Shown here: positions 57,041 through 64,000 of the stretch, piece after piece | Position numbering within the stretch: the stretch's first letter is position 1 | Layout of the letters: every line of letters begins with the position of its first letter | Source of the DNA: an uncultured Acidobacteriota bacterium | GTDB taxonomy: Bacteria; Acidobacteriota; Vicinamibacteria; Fen-336 | DNA: 64,000 nt | Reading direction: 5' to 3' | Assembly: GCA_963720545.1 (NCBI GenBank) | Contig: OY970399.1 | Location: 256,001 to 320,000 of the forward strand | Translations under genes and position numbers: made by a program | The notes under the pieces: generated by a model | Database searches by the model: none | What the model saw: only the letters and a program-made list of their open reading frames with translations | What the model was told of the DNA's origin: nothing

Positions 57041-58978
57041 CTAGAGGGCGAGCCCCATGCGCCGCAGCAGGTCTCGGAACCGCGGATCGGCGCGAAGGGA
57101 ATCGTAGACGGGATCGACTTTGAGGTTAATGAGCGTGATCGAGTGCTCGCGATACGCGTGCTCGAGCGCGGCGAAGACGCGGTCGCGGTCGTTCGTGGCG
57201 ATGTAGCCGTAGGCGAGGGCGAGGGGATCGACCGGTTGGCGCCGGCTCAGCTCCTCGAGCGCGACCAGTGCGGCCCGAGCTCCCTCAGGTCGGCCGGCTC
57301 GTCCTTCGACGTAGGCCTTCTGGGCCCACAGCCAGGGACCGTCAACGCCGTTTGTCTGCCACGCGTCGAGGAGCTTCTCGGCATCGGCGTACATGCCGTT
57401 TGCCGCGTAAGCGTAGACGATCGCCGCACCCCGGGGGAAGAGCGGCTCCATGTCGAGCACCGCGCGCAGCTGTTCGATCGAGCGTTCGTATTGCCTCTCG
57501 TAGTAAAGGATGACTCCGTTGTCCGCAGCGACGATGAGCGACAGCGGGTCGAGCTGCCGGGCTCGCTCCATCTCGCGGTGCGCGTCGTCGAAGCGCCCCG
57601 TCAGAGCCAGCAACTCCGCGAACCAGTGATGCGCGGTGGCGTAGTTGGGGTCGAGTTCGATGGCCCGCCGATACTCGCGCTCGGCGGCCGGCCAGTCCCA
57701 GTCGAAGTCCTGCGCGACGACCGCCATCGACGTGTGCGCGATCGCCAGGGAATCGTCGAGCGCGACAGCGCGCCGCGCCGCCAAGCGCGCCTTGAGCATC
57801 GAGTCCTTCGGTGGCTTGCCCGCGTAGCCGCTCATCAGCACGTAGGAGTCGGCGAGGCCGCTGTAGGCGGGCGCGTAGGTGGGATCGCTGGCGATCGCCT
57901 GGTCGAAGTGCTCGACGGCGTGTTCGAACCCGTCCCGCGTCCTCTTGTTCCAGAAGTACCGCCCGCGCAGGTAGAGATCGTGCGCACGGGACGTGCTCGC
58001 CGACAACGGGCGCGAAGACACGGACGTATCGCGCCGCGAATCGTCGAGAGTGATCTCGATCTCGCCGGCGATCGCTCGGGCGATCTCGGCCTGCAGCGCC
58101 AGCAGGTCGTTGAGCTTGCGGTCATACTGTTTCGACCAGACGTTCGTCTGGCTGGCGGTTTCGACGAGCTGCGCCGAGACGCGAACCACCTCGGCGTCGC
58201 GACGCACGCTCCCTTCCAGCACATAACGGACCCCGAGGTCATGGCCGACGCTCGAAATCTCCCGGCCGTCGCGCTTGAAACGCATCACCGATGCTCGGGC
58301 GATGACGCCCAGATGGCGGGGGTCGAAACGTCCAAGCTGGCCGATCATTTCCTCGGTCATGCCGTCGCTGAAGTAGTCCTGCGAAGCGTCTCCGGTGAGG
58401 TTCTCGAATGGCAGGACGGCGATCATCACCCGCTCGCCTTGCGGCCGCCGCGGGGCAACGGAGTGCGATCCGCCGAGACGGGCCGCCAGCGCTACGACGA
58501 CGGTTGCTACGACTGCCGCGCCGACAACCCACTTCCACATCCGCCGCTTGCCGACCGGCCTGCGCCGGCCAAACGCGGCTTCGTTCGTGTCTGGCGAGGG
58601 CGGAAGGGGAGGGACCGCGTCAGCGCCAGCGCGCGGTGACGAGTGCGCGGTGACTGCGGCAATCATCCGGTACCCGACCCTGGGCAGGGTCTCGACGTAT
58701 CTGGGTTGCGCCGCAGAGTCGTTAAGGAGGCCGCGCAGCTCCTTGACCGCCGTGTTGAGACCGTGCTCGAAGTCCACAAACGTGTCTTTCGACCACAGCA
58801 GCTCGCGCAGCTCGTCTCTCGTCACTACGTCGCCAGCTCGCGCCGCGAGCAGCTGCAGAACTTGAAACGGCTGCGGGCGCATCTTGACCCGCATGCCCTC
58901 CTTGTAAATCTGTCGCAACCTGACCCGGATTTCGTAGGGGCCAAAGCGATAGATCGAGGGAGCCAAAGCCAAGTCCAA
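57041..58978 (-). CDS. CadC/ToxR-like membrane regulator: winged HTH + TM + TolB-like/adenylate-cyclase-associated domain + TPR
   Basis: YRFGPY...VVTRDEL...ETLPRVGYR; IAVLPFENL...YFSDGMTEE; TPRs; LKVDP..D.LR.DPRF. Confidence 0.9.
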   Translation of the reverse strand: MDLALAPSIYRFGPYEIRVRLRQIYKEGMRVKMRPQPFQVLQLLAARAGDVVTRDELRELLWSKDTFVDFEHGLNTAVKELRGLLNDSAAQPRYVETLPRVGYRMIAAVTAHSSPRAGADAVPPLPPSPDTNEAAFGRRRPVGKRRMWKWVVGAAVVATVVVALAARLGGSHSVAPRRPQGERVMIAVLPFENLTGDASQDYFSDGMTEEMIGQLGRFDPRHLGVIARASVMRFKRDGREISSVGHDLGVRYVLEGSVRRDAEVVRVSAQLVETASQTNVWSKQYDRKLNDLLALQAEIARAIAGEIEITLDDSRRDTSVSSRPLSASTSRAHDLYLRGRYFWNKRTRDGFEHAVEHFDQAIASDPTYAPAYSGLADSYVLMSGYAGKPPKDSMLKARLAARRAVALDDSLAIAHTSMAVVAQDFDWDWPAAEREYRRAIELDPNYATAHHWFAELLALTGRFDDAHREMERARQLDPLSLIVAADNGVILYYERQYERSIEQLRAVLDMEPLFPRGAAIVYAYAANGMYADAEKLLDAWQTNGVDGPWLWAQKAYVEGRAGRPEGARAALVALEELSRRQPVDPLALAYGYIATNDRDRVFAALEHAYREHSITLINLKVDPVYDSLRADPRFRDLLRRMGLAL

Positions 58979-59289
58979 GCCTCAATTGGACTCTAACGCA
59001 CCCCTGGTCGGAAGATCCGCCGCGCGTCGTAAGTCGAGATCAGCCAGCAAGATGGATCTTCATCTACTTTCCACGGTTTCATCACCAGGCCGCCATTGCA
59101 CGACATTCACCGGATCCGTACCTTGCCCGTGACGAATCAAGCCAGTCGTTCGGAGTCTCTCAGTCGCTCCTGAGGACTCGCAGTTCTTGATCTGTGTTCC
59201 CTCATCCAACCTCCTCGCTCTGCGGACCGATAGGAAGCCGTCGTCCGCCGGAGACAACGCCAGTCGGCTTCCGTCACGAGGATGGTCAT

Positions 59290-59805
59290 ATGCAGATGAC
59301 ACGATCGATTTCGTTGTGCGCCGTCGTGCTCGCCGGTGCGAGCGTTGCTGCCCCGAGCGCTCAGGCCGGCATCCTGCGCGATGTGCGACAGGCCACGCGG
59401 CCGTTCCTGGACGTCGCCGAAGCGACCGCCGTCGGCTACGGTCCCTTTCTCGGCTGTGTCAGCGGCCCGGACGAAGGAGCCATGGGGATCCACTACGTGA
59501 ACGGGGCCCTGGTGGGCGACGGTGAGCTCGACGTGGCTGCGCCAGAGGCGCTTCTCTACGAACCGAGGAACGGGAATCTGACGCTGCTCGGCGTCGAATA
59601 TATCGTCGACGTCGCAGCCTGGCACGCCAACCATCCGAACCCGCCAGTGCTCGGCGGACAGGTGTTTCACTACGAGGGAAGCCCCAACCGCTACGGCCTC
59701 GCGCCGTTCTATGCACTGCACGTGTGGGCGTGGAAGAACAATCCCAAGGGACTGTTCGCGGACTGGAATCCGCGCGTGGCGTGCGCGGAGGCGTCGAACC
59801 AGTAG
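59290..59805 (+). CDS. Secreted hypothetical protein (His-containing conserved motifs)
   Basis: Signal peptide; GAMGIHY, PEALLYEP, LGVEY, LHVWAW..NP.G.F..WNP.V.C. Confidence 0.75.
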   Translation: MQMTRSISLCAVVLAGASVAAPSAQAGILRDVRQATRPFLDVAEATAVGYGPFLGCVSGPDEGAMGIHYVNGALVGDGELDVAAPEALLYEPRNGNLTLLGVEYIVDVAAWHANHPNPPVLGGQVFHYEGSPNRYGLAPFYALHVWAWKNNPKGLFADWNPRVACAEASNQ

Positions 59806-59812
59806 AACGGCA

Positions 59813-59899
59813 GCGACGCGTAGCCGCGCGTCGCCCCGAACCGGCGACGACGCTTTCGTCGCGGACGCCGAACTGGCGCCGAAAGCGTCGTGACGCCGG
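59813..59899. terminator. Two GC-rich stem-loops after the secreted gene
   Basis: GCGACGCG(59813-20)/CGCGTCGC(59827-34); ACGACGCTTTCG(59847-58)/CGAAAGCGTCGT(59880-91), extended by CCGGCG/CGCCGG. Confidence 0.45.
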
Positions 59900-60110
59900 C
59901 TTGCCTCGCCACAGCGCAAACGATTCGCAAGAAACGGGCAAGAATTCGCGTCCGATCAACGTCCGATAAGATATGTTATGTAAACACGCCTTGCGTGCAG
60001 AACTTCGCCGTGAGTGGCTCGCTTCAGTGCAACAGCTTGAAGACAACGCTCGTCATCAGCGCGACCCATGACCGCACGCAAGCGCGCTGCCGATTAAAAT
60101 CGTGCGCGCG

Positions 60111-63100
60111 ATGATGCCCGAAGCGAGGGTTGCGCCGAGACTGCCTACCGAAGAAGCGGTCCGCCTGGCCCGGCAGCTCTACGGCCTGGAAGCCGCAGCA
60201 GAACGGCTGCCCGGCGAGTACGACGACAACTTCCGGCTGTCAGCCGGCGACGGCCGCGAGTATGTGCTGAAGGTGATGCACCCCGCCCGGGAGCGATCTC
60301 TGGTCGCGCTGCAGTGCGAAGCGCTCGCTCACCTGGCGCTCCGTGCGCCAGCATTGACGCTGCCGCGCGTCCAGCTGGCTTCAAACGGCGCGGCCTTCGC
60401 CGCGGCCGAGCTCGCAACCGACGCCACGCGCCGGCTGGTCTGGATGCTGAGCTTCGTTCCCGGAACGCTGTTGGCCGAAGCCAAGCCCCATGGCCCGGAC
60501 CTCCTCCGCAGCCTCGGTCGGCTCGTAGGCCAGATCGATGCCGCCCTGGTCGATTTCTCGCATCCCGCGTCGCACCGCGACTTGAAGTGGGATCTGTCGC
60601 GGGTCGCGTGGGTGCGCGAACACGTCCATCTCGTGAGCGGCGCGGAGCGTCGCGCTCTCGTTGAGCGCTTCCTGGCGTTGTACGAAGCGCGCGTCACGCC
60701 TGTGCTCCCGCGCCTGCGTCGCAGCGTCATCTACGGCGATGCGAACGACTACAACGTGCTCGTAGGCGCGCCGCACACGCAGCCGCGCGAAGTGGTGAGC
60801 GTCATCGATTTCGGCGACATGCACCACGGCCTCACCGTCGCGGAGATCGCCATCGCCATTGCCTATGCGATCTTCGGCCAGCGCGACCCGCTGGCTGCCG
60901 CAGTCCAGGTCCTCGCCGGGTACCACCAGGCCTGGCCCCTGCAAGACGCAGAACTCGAAGTCCTCTATGCGCTGGTGGGCGCAAGGCTCGCCGTCAGCGT
61001 AACGAACTGCGCCCGGCGCAAGGCGCTGCACCCCGACGACCCGTACGTAACGGTCAGCGAAGGACCTGCCTGGGAGGCGCTCGCGCGGCTCGCGGAGGTG
61101 CAGCCGCGTTTCGCGCACTACGCGTTCCGTGATGCATGCGGCCAGTCAGCCGCGCCACAATCCGAGAGTATCGCCCGCTGGCTCTCGACCCAGTCACCGG
61201 CGGCCGTCCTCGATGTCGATCTGCGCCACGCGCCGTGCGTGGTGTTCGATCTCGGCATCGGCAGCCGCCTGCTCGGCGCGGACCCGGAAGCGGCGGAATG
61301 CGCAACGCTGACGGCGACGCTGTTCACAGAGATGGCCCGTGCGGGCGCGACCGTCGGCGTGGGACGCTACGCTGAGCCGCGCGCAATCTACACTTCCCCG
61401 CTGTTTGGCGGCGGTGAGTCGCCGCTTGCCGAACGCCGTACGCTCCACCTAGGCATCGATCTGTTCGCGGCGTCGGGCTCGCCGGTGCGCGCGCCGCTCG
61501 ACGGCTTCGTTCACATCCTGGCGAACAACCGGGCCCCGCTGGACTACGGGCCGCTCGTGATCCTGCGGCACCCGGTCGACACCGAGCTCGAATTCTTCAC
61601 GCTGTACGGCCACCTCAGCGAGGACACCCTCACGGCGCTGACCGTAGGCCAGCGCATCCGGCAGGGCCATACATTTGGGCGCATCGGCGAACCGCCCACG
61701 AACGGCGGGTGGCCGCCCCACGTCCACTTCCAGATCATCGTGGACTTGTTGGAGCTCGCCGCCGACTTCCCCGGGGTCGCCTTCGCCAGCCAGAAATCCG
61801 TCTGGATGAGCCTGTCGCCCGATCCCAACGGGGTGCTCGGGATCCCGGCCGAACGGTTTCCACCGCGCGACACGACCCGGGCAGAAACGCTCGCGGTCCG
61901 CCGTTCCCGGGTGGGTCCGAACCTGAGCTTGTCGTATCGCGAACCGCTCAAGATCGTCCGGGGGTTCATGCAGTACTTGTACGACGAAACGGGCCGTCCC
62001 TATCTCGATTTCTACAACAACGTGCCACTCGTCGGCCACAGCCATCCGCGCGTAGTCCAGGCGGCGCAGCGACAGCTCGGCTTGCTCAACACGAACACGC
62101 GCTATCTGCACGATACGATCGGGCGCTACGCCGAATGCCTCACCCGATCCCTTCCAGAGCCCTTGCAAGTCTGCTTCTTCTTGAACTCGGGGAGCGAAGC
62201 CAACGACCTCGCCTTGCGGCTGGCGCGGGTGCGCACCGGCTGCGAAGACGTCATCGTCCTCGAACACGCGTATCACGGCCACACGACCACCCTCGTGGAC
62301 GTCAGCCCGTACAAGTTCGACGGTCCCGGCGGCGGTGGTCGTCGCGCCTGGGTGCACGTCGCCCCTCTGCCGGACGACTATCGAGGGCGCTACCGCCGCG
62401 GCGATACGCAGGTTGGAGCGAAGTACGCGCAGCACGTTGCCGAAATCGTCAACGGTATGCGGCGGCAAGGGCGCGGCCCTGCCGCGTTCCTGGCCGAGAC
62501 ACTGCCGAGCGTCGCCGGGCAGATCGTCCTTCCCGCCGGTTATCTCGCAAGCGTGTACGACCTGGTGCGCGGCGCGGGCGGCGTGTGCATCGCGGACGAG
62601 GTCCAAACAGGTTTCGCGCGTCTCGGCTCACACCGCTGGGGCTTCGAAACGCAAGGTGTGGTCCCCGACATCCTGGTGCTCGGCAAGCCGATCGGCAACG
62701 GCTTCCCGCTGGCCGCGGTAGTGACAACACCGCAGATCGCCTCGGCCTTCGACAACGGTATGGAGTTCTTCAGCACGTTCGGCGGCAACCCGGTGGCGTG
62801 CGCGGCGGGTCTCGCCGTTCTCGAGGTGGTCGCTGTGGACGGCTTGCAGGCCCGCGCGTTGCACGTCGGCGGCCATCTCGAGGCTGGCCTCCGACGGCTC
62901 ATGCGGCGCCACGAGGCAATAGGCGACGTACGGGGCAAGGGACTGTTCCTTGGCATCGAGTTGGTGCGCAGTCGAAGGACGCTCGAGCCGGCGCGCGCGG
63001 AGGCGTCTTATGTCGTCAATCGTCTTCGCGAGCGTGGGATCCTGACCGGCACCGACGGTCCGTTCGAGAACGTGATCAAGCTCCGCCCGCCGCTGATCAT

Positions 63101-63176
63101 CGTCGAGCGCGACGCCGATCGGTTCCTCGACGCCCTCGACTCCGTCCTCGACGAAGACGGCGCGCAGCCCGGATGA
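60111..63176 (+). CDS. Fusion of aminoglycoside-phosphotransferase-like kinase, M23-like domain and class III aminotransferase/phospho-lyase
   Basis: YGDANDYN, IDFGD; HLGID, YGHL, PPHVHFQ; NSGSEAND, DEVQTGF, LGKPIGNG, STFGGNP. Confidence 0.9.
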   Translation: MMPEARVAPRLPTEEAVRLARQLYGLEAAAERLPGEYDDNFRLSAGDGREYVLKVMHPARERSLVALQCEALAHLALRAPALTLPRVQLASNGAAFAAAELATDATRRLVWMLSFVPGTLLAEAKPHGPDLLRSLGRLVGQIDAALVDFSHPASHRDLKWDLSRVAWVREHVHLVSGAERRALVERFLALYEARVTPVLPRLRRSVIYGDANDYNVLVGAPHTQPREVVSVIDFGDMHHGLTVAEIAIAIAYAIFGQRDPLAAAVQVLAGYHQAWPLQDAELEVLYALVGARLAVSVTNCARRKALHPDDPYVTVSEGPAWEALARLAEVQPRFAHYAFRDACGQSAAPQSESIARWLSTQSPAAVLDVDLRHAPCVVFDLGIGSRLLGADPEAAECATLTATLFTEMARAGATVGVGRYAEPRAIYTSPLFGGGESPLAERRTLHLGIDLFAASGSPVRAPLDGFVHILANNRAPLDYGPLVILRHPVDTELEFFTLYGHLSEDTLTALTVGQRIRQGHTFGRIGEPPTNGGWPPHVHFQIIVDLLELAADFPGVAFASQKSVWMSLSPDPNGVLGIPAERFPPRDTTRAETLAVRRSRVGPNLSLSYREPLKIVRGFMQYLYDETGRPYLDFYNNVPLVGHSHPRVVQAAQRQLGLLNTNTRYLHDTIGRYAECLTRSLPEPLQVCFFLNSGSEANDLALRLARVRTGCEDVIVLEHAYHGHTTTLVDVSPYKFDGPGGGGRRAWVHVAPLPDDYRGRYRRGDTQVGAKYAQHVAEIVNGMRRQGRGPAAFLAETLPSVAGQIVLPAGYLASVYDLVRGAGGVCIADEVQTGFARLGSHRWGFETQGVVPDILVLGKPIGNGFPLAAVVTTPQIASAFDNGMEFFSTFGGNPVACAAGLAVLEVVAVDGLQARALHVGGHLEAGLRRLMRRHEAIGDVRGKGLFLGIELVRSRRTLEPARAEASYVVNRLRERGILTGTDGPFENVIKLRPPLIIVERDADRFLDALDSVLDEDGAQPG

Positions 63177-63195
63177 CGCGTTGACGCGTGCCCAC

Positions 63196-64000
63196 GTGAC
63201 AATCGCACGGAGTCTGCCGATCCTCCTCGCTCTTCTGACCGGCCTTGGCAAACTGGCCGGCGCGCAAGCCGCACCGAGCCCTGCGCCCGACTGGGGTGCG
63301 CGCATCGAAGCGATCCGAGCCGGCTTTCCCGGCGACATGGCGGTCTTCGCGAAGCACCTGGGCACCGGCGAAACGTTGGCGCAGGACGCCGACACGGTCT
63401 ACGAGACATTCAGCGTGATCAAGGTTCCGATCATGGCCGAGGTCATGCGCCAGGCGGAAGCCGGCACCTTCTCGCTCGACGACCGCATCGCCTACAAGAG
63501 CCCCATGGCGCGCCTGCCGTCCGGACTGCTCTACATGATGGACGAAGGGTTGCAACCAACGGTGCGCGACCTCCTCAAGCTGATGATCGTCATCAGCGAC
63601 AACAGCGCGACGGACATCCTCGGCGACAAGGTCGGGCGCGACAAGGTGACGCAGTTCATGGGCAACCTCGGCCTCGCGCGCACCGAGGTCCGCTATTCGG
63701 ACCTCGAGTGGGATCGGCGCTGGCTGGGGTTTCTCGATCCCGCCTACAGCGGCGCGAGCGGCGACCGCACGATCGACTTCCCCATGGACAAATACGAGCC
63801 AGCGGCCATCAGCGCGGCATTCCGCAAGGTCATCTATGAGACCGAGGTCTACTTCGGCCACAGCACTGCGCGCGAGACCGGCCGGCTGTTCGAGTTGATG
63901 GCGCGTGGCGAGCTGGTGTCGAAAGCCGCCAGCGCGGAGATGATCCAAATCCTCAAGCGCCAGCAGGTCAACAACCGCATCCCGCGCTACCTGAAGGCCA
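63196..64000 (+). CDS. Class A beta-lactamase-like serine hydrolase, 3'-truncated
   Basis: Absent from the ORF track; the frame reads signal peptide, then TFSVIK (SxxK) and MIVISDNSATD (SDN). Confidence 0.85.
   Translation, partial: MTIARSLPILLALLTGLGKLAGAQAAPSPAPDWGARIEAIRAGFPGDMAVFAKHLGTGETLAQDADTVYETFSVIKVPIMAEVMRQAEAGTFSLDDRIAYKSPMARLPSGLLYMMDEGLQPTVRDLLKLMIVISDNSATDILGDKVGRDKVTQFMGNLGLARTEVRYSDLEWDRRWLGFLDPAYSGASGDRTIDFPMDKYEPAAISAAFRKVIYETEVYFGHSTARETGRLFELMARGELVSKAASAEMIQILKRQQVNNRIPRYLKA

Noticed and set aside
63196..64000. Antibiotic-resistance beta-lactamase
   Set aside because: SxxK and SDN are present, but the gene is truncated and the omega-loop region is atypical; only the family-level call is supported.
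1..64000. CRISPR arrays, tRNA/rRNA, IS elements, prophage or defence genes
   Set aside because: I saw no regularly spaced repeats, RNA-gene signatures, or transposase, integrase or phage motifs.

Overview
High-GC bacterial chromosomal window. The gene styles (wHTH-TolB-like-TPR regulator, fused E1 alpha/beta, tol cluster) suggest Acidobacteriota, which is an inference. About 54 CDS are supported. I found no tRNA, rRNA, CRISPR array or transposase. Layout: (1) 1-17 kb housekeeping: hpf, rapZ, cupin, fused 2-oxoacid dehydrogenase E1, a type III PKS/methyltransferase/flavoprotein trio, ssb, tolQ-tolR-tolA-tolB-cpoB without pal, recN, miaB, DUF151 and parAB. (2) 17-23.3 kb: a probable sphingolipid cluster with an FA2H-like hydroxylase, serine palmitoyltransferase, a lysine-less ADC-fold protein, a lipid kinase, a PlsC-type acyltransferase, a Tam41-like nucleotidyltransferase and a CDP-alcohol phosphotransferase. 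(3) 24.5-51.3 kb: a large surface-glycan locus. It carries cysDN but no APS kinase and no classical sulfotransferase. It also has four cytoplasmic alkaline-phosphatase-superfamily paralogs, three of which share a C-terminal RLxxLGY tail with CysD. The rest is three secreted GH-like barrel paralogs, GT2, GT4, a flippase, a 1013-aa GT-C, a TPR membrane protein, TolC plus a membrane-fusion protein with no pump, and an ATP-grasp/flavoprotein pair. (4) 51-64 kb mixed genes: fhs, MFS, DUF1801, racemase, GT87, a membrane regulator with a divergent secreted gene, a kinase-M23-aminotransferase fusion and a partial serine hydrolase. Block 3 is the best candidate for an undescribed system, followed by block 2. 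All calls come from reading motifs by eye; no database search was run.
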